DNA of 64,000 nucleotides from Escherichia coli (GTDB lineage Bacteria; Pseudomonadota; Gammaproteobacteria; Enterobacterales; Enterobacteriaceae): NCBI RefSeq assembly GCF_002854065.1, contig NZ_CP024147.1; one strand, 5' to 3'. Shown piece by piece: positions 10,880 to 20,060 of this stretch (position 1 is its first letter; each line of letters starts with the position of its first letter). The notes under the pieces were generated by a model. It saw only the letters and a program-made list of their open reading frames with translations, ran no database searches and was not told where the DNA came from. The position numbers and the translations under genes were made by a program.

Positions 10880-11877
10880 TCCGACATTTCTGTTTGCAGC
10901 TCTTCCAGCGTTTTCGCCCCGTCGATGGCATTGGCGCATAACAGGCTTGCCCGCGCGCAGGCGTGTGCCAGTTTGATGCTCTCGGTAAGCGTCCAGCGTT
11001 CATGGCAGCCATATAAAAATCCGGCACAAAATGCATCGCCCGCGCCGACGCTGCCGATAATTTCCCGTTGTTCTAACTTTTGCGAAGGGATCCACACGCC
11101 GCCCTGTTCTGGGGTCTCTCCCCACGCCCCTTCCGGGCAGTGGATCACCACCCGCTGGCGCACGCCCGCATCTAACAGTTCACGCGCGGCGGCAGCAATA
11201 TGCGCGATATGCGGTTCGCCGTTGGGTAACCGAATTTCCAGCCCGCTAAACTCCCCGGCCTCCAGTTCGTTAATTACCAGATAATCCAGATGGCGCAACG
11301 CGGGCAGCACCAGCGGCTGATAACGCGGATCGCCCTTACGGGAGACCAGGTCGAGTGAGGTTTCAAAGCCAGTATCACGCATTTGCGCCAGCAGGCGTGC
11401 GCTACGGGTGCCGTAAACATCGTCCGGCATATCCAGGCTGTCGAGCAACAGTAAATAGCCGAGATGGAAAATCTTCATGGTGTTATCGAGCTGATCGAAC
11501 GCCGGAAGATCCAAAAGTCTGTTTGCACCCGGCGAATGGAAAAACGTCCGCTGCCCGCTTGGGTCTGTCATCACCTGCGACATCGACGTCGGGGCAAAGG
11601 TAGTGCGCTGCACATGCTGACGATTGACGTGATATTGCTCAAGCATCGCCATGATGTAATCGCCGTCGCTGTCCTGACCGATTAGCCCAACCGCCTGTAA
11701 CGGTAGCCCGGTGCGCATTTTCGCCAGCGTCAGCAGGACGTTAAGCGGCGCACCGCCGGTGGAGCGTTCGCTGTGGGTGATCTCCGCCAGCCAGCCGCGC
11801 TCTGGCCACTGGATAATCTGATGGACGTGGTCAACCAACATATTGCCTGCGGCGATAATCCCTTTACGCTCCATCAT
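10876..11877 (-). CDS. PfkB-family carbohydrate (or sugar-phosphate) kinase
   Basis: C-terminal GAGDAFCAGFLYG, the PfkB/ribokinase signature 2; 333 aa. Confidence 0.8.
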   Translation of the reverse strand: MMERKGIIAAGNMLVDHVHQIIQWPERGWLAEITHSERSTGGAPLNVLLTLAKMRTGLPLQAVGLIGQDSDGDYIMAMLEQYHVNRQHVQRTTFAPTSMSQVMTDPSGQRTFFHSPGANRLLDLPAFDQLDNTMKIFHLGYLLLLDSLDMPDDVYGTRSARLLAQMRDTGFETSLDLVSRKGDPRYQPLVLPALRHLDYLVINELEAGEFSGLEIRLPNGEPHIAHIAAAARELLDAGVRQRVVIHCPEGAWGETPEQGGVWIPSQKLEQREIIGSVGAGDAFCAGFLYGCHERWTLTESIKLAHACARASLLCANAIDGAKTLEELQTEMSD

Positions 11878-12734
11878 GCCTGCCCCGCACTGCCAAAAAT
11901 ACGCATCTGTTGTGCAACCGTATCGCTGATGGCGGCTTCCACTGCCAGCAGTAACTCGGCAAACTCGTCATACATCGGCTGACGGTGCGCCATTCGGGCC
12001 TCAACGGCAGCCAGCGCCGCTTGCGACATGCCAGTGTAGAAATTGATTTTGTGGATACCCAGTTCGATGGCGCGGCGGAAATCGGCATCACTAATCCCTG
12101 AGCCGCCGTGTAATACCAGCGGGATAGCAGCCTGCTGGCGGATAGCGTCGAGGCGCGGGAAATCGAGTTTCGGTTCGCCGCGATATTTGCCGTGTGCATT
12201 GCCAATCGCCACGGCCAACGCGTCAATGCCGGTACGGTCGACAAAATCACGCGCCAGTTGCGGATCGGTAAACAGGGATTCATCGGCATGACCATAGAGC
12301 GCACCGCCTTCGTCGCCACCCACCGCGCCCAGTTCAGCTTCTACCGATACGCCAACGGCATGGCACATTTTCACCACTTCCCGCGTCTGGCGGACATTTT
12401 CTTCATACCCCAGCGTGGAGCCATCAAACATTACCGAGCTGAATCCCAGCCGCAACGCTTGCACCACCGATTCAAAATGCAGTCCGTGATCGAGATTTAA
12501 CACCACCGGAATGGCATGACGCGCCGCTTCAAATTTCACTGTCTCGACCAGGGAATCCAGCGAGATATATTTAAAATGTACTTCGGCAATGTTGATAATA
12601 AAGGGCGAACGTTCTTGTCTGGCAGCAGCAAACAAGGCGCGTAAAAAGTGCGAGTCCAGCACATTAAACGCACCTAACGAATAGTGATGTTCGCGGGCAT
12701 GTGCCAGCCCTTCAGCGAGAGAAATCAATGGCAT
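11874..12734 (-). CDS. Class II ketose-bisphosphate aldolase (GatY/KbaY/FbaA family)
   Basis: 286 aa; NLDHG, SVMFDGS, VEAELG, LAVAIGNAHG, LVLHGGSG blocks align with class II tagatose/fructose-bisphosphate aldolases as recalled. Confidence 0.8.
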   Translation of the reverse strand: MPLISLAEGLAHAREHHYSLGAFNVLDSHFLRALFAAARQERSPFIINIAEVHFKYISLDSLVETVKFEAARHAIPVVLNLDHGLHFESVVQALRLGFSSVMFDGSTLGYEENVRQTREVVKMCHAVGVSVEAELGAVGGDEGGALYGHADESLFTDPQLARDFVDRTGIDALAVAIGNAHGKYRGEPKLDFPRLDAIRQQAAIPLVLHGGSGISDADFRRAIELGIHKINFYTGMSQAALAAVEARMAHRQPMYDEFAELLLAVEAAISDTVAQQMRIFGSAGQA

Positions 12735-12748
12735 AACTTTATCCTTAT

Positions 12749-13432
12749 TCAGCGGAACTGGCGGTATTCGTTACACAATACCAACTGTGCAGGTTCGTCT
12801 TCGTCAATCAGGTTGTAGCGGGCCAGCGGGCGTAAAAAGTGGTTATCATGGTCGTCGTCATTGACTGAAGAGACTTCGCCAACCAGCACATCGCCAAAAC
12901 CGGTTTCCGCCCAAAAACTGTGATAAAGGCCGGGTGGCAGGCAGATACTTTCGCCGGGGGTCAGGCGTAACTGACTGCCTGCGACATGGGTCTGGCGGCA
13001 GCCGTCGATCACCACCGTAACGTCGGTATCAACTGTTTGCTCGTTGCTATCGGCATTCCACAGTTCAACAATCAAATTGCCGCCGCCGCGATTGATAATG
13101 TCCTCGCGCTTACGCCAGTGAAAGTGCATTGGCGTGACCTGCGCATCGCGCACATGCATGATCTTCTCGGCGTAACATTTCACATACGGCATTCCTTTTG
13201 CTGAGCCGTTACGTAGGGTAAACAGCGTCAGCCCCTGTGCTGCAAAGTTGTTGCCACCAAAAGCGGTAACATCCCAGCCGAGTTTGAGATCAAAAACTTC
13301 CTCCCACGCGGCGGTGTCGAGCTGCTGCCATTGGGCAGGCGAGAAACTGGCAAAGGGCGGAAGATGTACGTCATGTTGCGAAAAGAATTGCCGTGTATGG
13401 CCGAGAATGTCGTTTATAGCGGAGCGTTTCAT
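12749..13432 (-). CDS. Cupin-fold sugar isomerase (D-lyxose/D-mannose isomerase-like)
   Basis: 227-aa ORF with His-rich cupin core (MHFHWRKRED, LYHSFWAE); matches in length and neighbourhood a cupin D-lyxose isomerase family that I recall from enterohaemorrhagic E. coli. Confidence 0.6.
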   Translation of the reverse strand: MKRSAINDILGHTRQFFSQHDVHLPPFASFSPAQWQQLDTAAWEEVFDLKLGWDVTAFGGNNFAAQGLTLFTLRNGSAKGMPYVKCYAEKIMHVRDAQVTPMHFHWRKREDIINRGGGNLIVELWNADSNEQTVDTDVTVVIDGCRQTHVAGSQLRLTPGESICLPPGLYHSFWAETGFGDVLVGEVSSVNDDDHDNHFLRPLARYNLIDEDEPAQLVLCNEYRQFR

Positions 13433-13486
13433 CGAAAGCGTTCTCCTTAGCGGTGGCCGGGCAGCATCGCCGCCCGGCGTGTGGAC

Positions 13487-14428
13487 TTATTTCACCGTCC
13501 AGCCTTTGTAATTGCCGACGTTGTTTTTATCGATCATCGTCACCGGGATCAGCACCGGCTCTTTCGGCGCAGGTTTGCCCTGCAAAATGTCGTAGCCAAT
13601 TTCCACCGCTTTCGCTGCCATCACCTGGGGATCTTGCGCCGGAGTAGCGACAAACAACGAGTTCTCACGCTTGAGCGCCTCTTCGGCGTCCGGGCTTCCG
13701 TCCACACCGACAATAAAGAACTCGTTACGTTGCGCCTGTTTTGCTGCCAGATCGGCACCGATTGCGGTGGGATCGTTAATCGCAAATACGCCGTCGATCT
13801 TCGGATTTGCTGCCAGCAGTCCCGTCATTACCTCCAGCCCGCCTTCACGACTGCCTTTCGCGTTCTGGTTGTCAGAGAGCACTTTGATGTCAGGATGGCG
13901 TTTAAATTCAGTCTGGCATCCTTCGACGCGGTTTTGCACGGCGGATACCGGCGGGCCGTTGATGATCACCACATTGCCTTTGCCTTTCAGGCGATCGGTG
14001 ATGTATTTACAGGCCATTTCGCCCGCCTGGGTGTTATCGGAGGTGATGGTGGCATCAGCACCTTCTGCCGCTACGTCAACCGCGACAACTACGATCCCGG
14101 CATCTTTCGCCCGTTTCACCGCCGGGCCGATCCCTTTTGAATCGGCAGCGTTGAGGATAATCATATCGACGTTAGCGGCGATAAAGTTGTCTATCTGCGA
14201 CACCTGCTGACCCAGATCGTAGCCGCTGGAAACCAGCGTCACTTTGACGTTATCGCCTGCCAGTTTGCGTGCTTCCAGCTCCGCGCCTTTGGTGATCTGC
14301 ACGAAGAACGGGTTCGCCAGATCGCCCACCGTTACGCCTATTGATTTCAGTTCTTTCGCTTGGGCGAACGGTGCTGCGGCCAGCAGCGCGCCTGCACAGA
14401 GCGCGGTCACTAAGGGCTTCAATCTCAT
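13487..14428 (-). CDS. Periplasmic sugar-binding protein (RbsB/type I periplasmic binding fold)
   Basis: Signal peptide AAAPFAQA then KSIGVTVGDLANPFFV and VVAVDV motifs typical of ribose/monosaccharide-binding proteins. Confidence 0.82.
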   Translation of the reverse strand: MRLKPLVTALCAGALLAAAPFAQAKELKSIGVTVGDLANPFFVQITKGAELEARKLAGDNVKVTLVSSGYDLGQQVSQIDNFIAANVDMIILNAADSKGIGPAVKRAKDAGIVVVAVDVAAEGADATITSDNTQAGEMACKYITDRLKGKGNVVIINGPPVSAVQNRVEGCQTEFKRHPDIKVLSDNQNAKGSREGGLEVMTGLLAANPKIDGVFAINDPTAIGADLAAKQAQRNEFFIVGVDGSPDAEEALKRENSLFVATPAQDPQVMAAKAVEIGYDILQGKPAPKEPVLIPVTMIDKNNVGNYKGWTVK

Positions 14429-14446
14429 GCTGTATTCCTCATGTGT

Positions 14447-15421
14447 TTATGCACTTTGATGGTGTCGGGTACGGTATTTGTCGATCAGCACCGCAATGAT
14501 GATCACCGCCCCTTTGATCACCAGTTGCCAGAAGTAAGAGACGCCCATTAAGGTCATGCCATTGTTGAGCGTGGCGATAATTAGCGCGCCGACCAGCGTG
14601 CCGGTGATGGTGCCGATGCCGCCGACAAAACTGGTGCCGCCGAGGATCACCGCCGCAATGGCGTCCAGCTCGTACCCCATACCTAAGTTGCCGTTGGCGC
14701 TGTACAGCCTTGAGGCGTTCATAATTCCGCCCAGCCCTGAAAGCAGGCCGCTCATACCATAAACAAACAGCAGCACCAGCCAGACCTTAATGCCGGTAAG
14801 ACGCGCCGCCTGCATATTGCCGCCGACGGCGTAGATATGAACGCCAAGCGTGGTGCGGCGCAGAATAAACCAGCACAGCACAATCACTGCGAGGGCAATC
14901 ACCACCAGCCACGGGACCGGCCCGAGATAGTTATTGCCTATCCACTCGAAATTAATGTTGGAGTTGATAACCGTGGTGCCGTCCGCCAGCAGATACGCCG
15001 CCCCGCGCAGCGCCGTATAGGTGCCAAGCGTGACGATAAACGGTGGCAATCCGGCAAAGGCCACCAGCGCGCCGTTGAACAGCCCCAGCAGCAGGCCGAG
15101 CATCAGCGCCGCCGGGATCGACAGCATGGCGAACTCAGGGCTAAGGGAGACGACCATCGCCGCCACCGCTGTGGTGCCGAGGATCGAACCCACGGAAAGA
15201 TCGATCCCGCCGGTCAAAATGATGAAGGTCATCCCCGCGGCCAGAACAATGTTGATCGATGCCTGGCGGGTAATATTCAGCAGGTTGCTTTCGGTAAAAA
15301 AGTTTGGCGCGATAAAGCCAAATACCGCCACGATCAGAATCAAAATGGGCAAGATGCCGACCGTTTGCATCAGATCGCTCATCAGCATTTTTTTGGCAGA
15401 AGTCTTTGCAGAGGTCGTCAT
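14447..15421 (-). CDS. Sugar ABC transporter permease (RbsC/AraH-like)
   Basis: 324 aa, many hydrophobic segments, stop overlaps the ATPase gene end. Confidence 0.82.
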   Translation of the reverse strand: MTTSAKTSAKKMLMSDLMQTVGILPILILIVAVFGFIAPNFFTESNLLNITRQASINIVLAAGMTFIILTGGIDLSVGSILGTTAVAAMVVSLSPEFAMLSIPAALMLGLLLGLFNGALVAFAGLPPFIVTLGTYTALRGAAYLLADGTTVINSNINFEWIGNNYLGPVPWLVVIALAVIVLCWFILRRTTLGVHIYAVGGNMQAARLTGIKVWLVLLFVYGMSGLLSGLGGIMNASRLYSANGNLGMGYELDAIAAVILGGTSFVGGIGTITGTLVGALIIATLNNGMTLMGVSYFWQLVIKGAVIIIAVLIDKYRTRHHQSA

Positions 15422-16937
15422 GAGGGCACCGCCTGGGAATGGGCGTCGTTGACGCCAGTCGCTAAGGTCATAATGTTTTCCTGGGTGATGTTTTTGCCGT
15501 TTAACTCACCGGCAATGCTGCCTTCGCGCATCACATAGACGCGATCGCTCATTCCCACTATCTCCGGCAGTTCGCTGGAGATCATCAGGATCGCCACGCC
15601 CTTGCGCGCCATCTCGTTCATGATCCGGTAGATCTCGCTTTTTGCGCCAACGTCCACGCCGCGGGTGGGTTCATCGAGCAGTAAAATGCGCGGCCAATTG
15701 CCACCCAGCGGGAGATCAACAGCTTTTGCTGATTGCCGCCGGAAAGCCCGCCCGCGCGTACCTGGGCATGAGGCACGCGAATGTTGAGCAACTTGATGGC
15801 GTCATCGGAAATGGTTTGCGCTTTTTTGCGATTGAGCATTCCCCAGCGGGCATCGCGCTCCAGGGTCGCCATGGTGATGTTTTCGGCTGCCGCCATTTCA
15901 AGGAACAGCCCCTGTTCTTTGCGATTTTCGGTGAGAAAGCCAATGCCAAGATCGATGGCTTCGCGCGGGGAGTGGATCACCACCGGTTCACCATCGACTT
16001 CAATCATTCCGCCTGTCGCTTTCCGCACGCCGAAGATCAACTGCGCCAGTTCGGAACGTCCGGCACCCACCAGTCCGGCGAGGCCAACAATTTCGCCGGA
16101 ACGCACCAGCAGGCTACTCGGCTGGACTTTGCCGCCGTCGGTCAGGTGGTGAACATTCAGGCGGGCTTTACCGAGCGGGATATCGCGCTCTTTATTGAAC
16201 AGATCGCTCAGTGGCCTGCCGACCATCATCCGCACCAGCTCCCCGGCATTGAGGTTATCGCGGGTCAGGCTGCCAACGTATTGCCCGTCGCGCAGCACGC
16301 TGACGCGATCGGAAAGCTCATACACTTCCGCCATGCGGTGGCTAATGTAGATAATCGCCATCCCTTCATCGCGCAGCCGCATAATCAGTTCAAACAGGCG
16401 GTGAGTTTCGCGGGAGGAGAGGGCGGCGGTGGGTTCGTCCATCACCAGAATGCGGCTGTTGCGATGTAGCGCGCGGGCGATTTCGACCTGCTGTTGCTCG
16501 GCAATGGTCAGTGTCATGACCTTATCGCTGGCGTTAAACTGCGCGCCGAGGCGGTCGATCACTCTTTGCGCCTGCACCAGCATCTCTTTACGCTGCACCA
16601 GCCCGCCGTGGGAAAGCTCGCTACCGAGGAAAATGTTCTCTGCCACCGTCAAATTGGGCGCCAGCTGCATCTCCTGATAAATCAGCGTAATACCGGCGCT
16701 TAAGGCATCTTTTGGCGTGCGAATGTGAAAGGGCTTGCCGTCTATGAGGATCTCGCCGCTGGTGGCGGTATACGCCCCCGCCAGCACCTTCATCAGCGTG
16801 CTTTTTCCCGCGCCGTTTTCCCCCATCAGGGCATGGATCTCGCCAGGGTAGACCGTCAAATCCACCCCTTTGAGCGCATAAAATTTGCCGAAGGCTTTGG
16901 CAATATTGCGCATCTCCAGAACTGGCGTGCTGTTCAT
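15418..16937 (-). pseudogene. Two-domain sugar ABC transporter ATPase (RbsA-like) interrupted by a -1 frameshift near 15687-15694
   Basis: 458-aa ORF (Walker [10 protein letters not shown], first LSGGQ-like and Walker B, second Q-loop) ends in nonsense tail ...[18 protein letters not shown], while the next frame reads [21 protein letters not shown]...; span is 1520 nt (3n+2). Confidence 0.75.
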
Positions 16938-17050
16938 GGTGGACTCCTGCGAGGTTGTCGATATCAGCACTCCATCACAGGAAAGTAAATGCAAAATGTC
17001 AGAAGCCGTTCATATTTGTCATATTGCGATTTTTCTTCACGGAGCGTGAT

Positions 17051-19315
17051 ATGGCGCACCCCGGACGTCATTTTTTTGCCAGCGCGCGCGGGCGATTGCT
17101 GCTTTTGAATTTGCTGGTGGTGGCGGTGACGTTGATGGTCAGCGGCGTGGCGGTAATGGGCTTTCGTCATGCCAGCCAGATGCAGGAGCTGGTGCAGCAG
17201 CAAACGGTGGATGATATGACCGGCAGCCTGAATCTGGCGCGCGACACGGCAAACGTGGCAACGGCGGCGGTGCGATTGTCGCAGGTGGTGGGAGCGCTGG
17301 AATATAAAGGCGAAGCCGAGCGGTTGCAGGAGACACAGCGGGCATTAAAAAGCTCGCTTGCACAACTGGCGAACGCGCCTTTAGCGCAGCAGGAAGCCGG
17401 GCTGGTGACGCGCATCATCACGCGTAGCAACGAACTGCAAACCAGCGTCGGTGGAATGCTGGAGCGCGGGCAAAGGCGGCATCTGGAGCGCAACGCGCTG
17501 TTAAGTTCGCTGTATCAAAACTTAAGTTATCTGCGGCATCTGCAAAAAGTCACTCACTCGCAAGATGATATTTTGCTTAACGAGATGAACCGACTGATTG
17601 TTGCCGCTATTGCCACCCCCGCGCCGCAGGCGATTATTCATCAACTGGTCGGGGTAATGTCTGCGTTGCCGACCCACAGCGATACGCCGTTGGTTAACAC
17701 GCTACTCAATGATTTTAATCGTGAACTGCGTAAACTCGCGCCGCTTTCAGCCGCTCTGGAGCAAAGCGATCTGGCAATCAGCTGGTATATGTTTCACATC
17801 AAAGCGCTGGTGGCGATCCTCAATGGCGACATCAACCGTTACGCCGAACAGGTGGCGACGCTCTCCGGTCAGCGTGTGGCGCAAAGTTACCAGGATTTGC
17901 GCTCCGGCGAGAGGGTGATCATGATTTTCGCCCTGTTAGCGGTGGTGATCACCGCGTTTGCCGGCTGGTATATCTATCGCAACCTCGGCACTAACCTGAC
18001 GGCGATTTCCCGCGCCATGAGCCGCCTGGCGTACGGCGAAGCGGACGTCACTTTTCCGGCGTTACAGCGGCGTGATGAGTTGGGTGAACTGGCGCGCGCC
18101 TTTAACGTTTTTGCCCGCAATACCGCGTCACTCGAACGAACCTCACGGCTGCTAAAAGAGAAGACCACGCAGATGGAGATTGCCCAAACTGAGCGGCAGG
18201 GGTTGGAAGAGGCGCTATTACACAGCCAGAAACTGAAAGCGGTCGGGCAACTGACGGGCGGGCTGGCCCATGATTTTAATAATCTGTTGGCGGTAATTAT
18301 TGGCAGCCTGGAACTGGTGAACACGGACTCACCCGACGCGCCGCGAATACAGCGGGCGCAGCAAGCTGCCGAACGTGGCGCGCTACTGACCCAGCGACTG
18401 CTGGCGTTTTCCCGTAAGCAGTCCTTACATCCGCAATCCGTTGAACTGAAAACATTGCTGGAAGAGTTAAGCGAATTAATGCGCCACTCCTTACCGGCAA
18501 CGCTGGCGCTGGAGATTGAAGCGCAGTCTCCGGCGTGGCCCGCGTGGATTGACATCAGCCAACTGGAAAATGCCATCATCAACCTGGTGATGAACGCCCG
18601 TGACGCGATGGAAGGGCAGACGGGAATCATCAAAATTCGTACCTGGAATCAGCGCGTTACTCGCAGCAGTGGGCAGCGTCAGGACATGGTGGCACTGGAG
18701 GTCATCGATCATGGCAGCGGTATGTCGCAGGCGGTGAAAAGCCAGGTATTTGAGCCATTCTTTACCACCAAACAGACGGGCAGCGGCAGCGGGCTGGGTT
18801 TGTCGATGGTCTATGGTTTTGTGCGCCAGTCCGGTGGGCGCGTTGAAATTGAAAGCGCGCCGGGGCAGGGGACAACGGTCAGATTACAGCTTCCCCGCGC
18901 GCTGACGGCGGCGAAAAACCTATCGCCAGCGGCAGTAGAACAGGCTTCTGTCAGCGGCGATAAACTGGTGTTAGTGCTGGAGGATGAAGCCGCGGTGCGC
19001 CAGACCATCTGCGAACAGTTGCACCTGCTGGGCTATTTGACGCTGGAAGCAAGCAGCGGCGAACAGGCGCTGGATCTGCTGGCGGCATCAGCAGAAATCG
19101 ATATTTTTATCAGCGATTTAATGCTCCCCGGCGGCATGAGCGGCGCAGAAGTGGTCAATGCGGCCCGCAAACTTTACCCGCACCTGACGCTGCTACTCAT
19201 CAGCGGTCAGGATTTACGCCCCAGCCATAACCCCGCGCTGCCAGACGTGGCGCTGTTGCGCAAACCCTTTACCCGTGCGCAGTTGGCGCAGGCGCTGGGG
19301 CAAATTGAGGGATGA
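17051..19315 (+). CDS. Hybrid sensor histidine kinase (2 TM, periplasmic domain, HAMP, HisKA, HATPase_c, C-terminal receiver; no Hpt)
   Basis: H-box LAHDFNNLLAVIIGSLEL, ATP-lid DHGSGM...GSGLGLSMV, receiver LVLVLEDE...FISDLMLPG; GGAG 6 nt before ATG at 17051. Confidence 0.85.
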   Translation: MAHPGRHFFASARGRLLLLNLLVVAVTLMVSGVAVMGFRHASQMQELVQQQTVDDMTGSLNLARDTANVATAAVRLSQVVGALEYKGEAERLQETQRALKSSLAQLANAPLAQQEAGLVTRIITRSNELQTSVGGMLERGQRRHLERNALLSSLYQNLSYLRHLQKVTHSQDDILLNEMNRLIVAAIATPAPQAIIHQLVGVMSALPTHSDTPLVNTLLNDFNRELRKLAPLSAALEQSDLAISWYMFHIKALVAILNGDINRYAEQVATLSGQRVAQSYQDLRSGERVIMIFALLAVVITAFAGWYIYRNLGTNLTAISRAMSRLAYGEADVTFPALQRRDELGELARAFNVFARNTASLERTSRLLKEKTTQMEIAQTERQGLEEALLHSQKLKAVGQLTGGLAHDFNNLLAVIIGSLELVNTDSPDAPRIQRAQQAAERGALLTQRLLAFSRKQSLHPQSVELKTLLEELSELMRHSLPATLALEIEAQSPAWPAWIDISQLENAIINLVMNARDAMEGQTGIIKIRTWNQRVTRSSGQRQDMVALEVIDHGSGMSQAVKSQVFEPFFTTKQTGSGSGLGLSMVYGFVRQSGGRVEIESAPGQGTTVRLQLPRALTAAKNLSPAAVEQASVSGDKLVLVLEDEAAVRQTICEQLHLLGYLTLEASSGEQALDLLAASAEIDIFISDLMLPGGMSGAEVVNAARKLYPHLTLLLISGQDLRPSHNPALPDVALLRKPFTRAQLAQALGQIEG

Positions 19316-19397
19316 TTTTCAGAATTTATCAAGAGGCCTGAAGCAAATGTGCTGCTATTGTGAGCAATTCTGTTCTGAATGGGATATAAAAGGAATT

Positions 19398-20060
19398 ATG
19401 CCAGTACTGACAAGAGGCGATTCACATATGATCGTGATGCCCACCACCTATAGCCCTATGACGGTTGCTCGTTCTTTTCGCGTGGTGGAAGAGATCGAGC
19501 TTTCTGGACGTCTGTTACAGGTAATTTATGACAAGCAGACGCCAAGAGCGGCCATCATTGAAGCGGACATTGAAGTTTTTGCAGGCGTGCCACGTCATAG
19601 GGTACATGCCGCTCTCGATCTGCAGCGTAAAAAAGAGTTCGGCAGCGATATCATTGCCGTTGAACGCTGGTGGGAAGACTCGGATCTGGTACAGGTAGAA
19701 GGTATTTGTGTCTCTCCTGGTGAGCGCGATAAGGGGCTGGCAACTCGGCTGTATGAAGCGCTAATCCTGCAATGCGGTATCACGCTAATCAGCGATTTTG
19801 ATCAATATGATGGTGGGAAGATGCTCTGGCAGAAGATCGCGCGCGAGTCCGATCAGATTTCAGTGTTTGTATTAGACACTGAACAAGGGGCATTTTGGCC
19901 TTATGATGGCACGAAAGTGATCTACGATGGCGGTTGCATTCCGGAAGAGCGTATCTGGAGTATTTCACCGGATCAAAAATGTCATGGCATTGTGCTGGTG
20001 GCGGAAAATAAACAGCGAGCTAACCAGCTAATGGAAGAGTCTGCGCCTTACCGAGTTTGA
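19398..20060 (+). CDS. Hypothetical protein, possibly GNAT-like fold
   Basis: ORF with AAGGA 5 nt before ATG at 19398 (alternative ATG 19428); weak acyl-CoA N-acyltransferase-like motif ERDKGLATRLYEAL; not part of the K-12 gene order as I recall it. Confidence 0.5.
   Translation: MPVLTRGDSHMIVMPTTYSPMTVARSFRVVEEIELSGRLLQVIYDKQTPRAAIIEADIEVFAGVPRHRVHAALDLQRKKEFGSDIIAVERWWEDSDLVQVEGICVSPGERDKGLATRLYEALILQCGITLISDFDQYDGGKMLWQKIARESDQISVFVLDTEQGAFWPYDGTKVIYDGGCIPEERIWSISPDQKCHGIVLVAENKQRANQLMEESAPYRV

Noticed and set aside
15418-15657. 79-aa ORF as an independent small gene
   Set aside because: It is the C-terminal part of the frameshifted ABC ATPase (begins inside the second Walker B/D-loop region, and the track start is a GTG)
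15642-16469. 275-aa plus-strand ORF
   Set aside because: Antisense to the ABC ATPase gene
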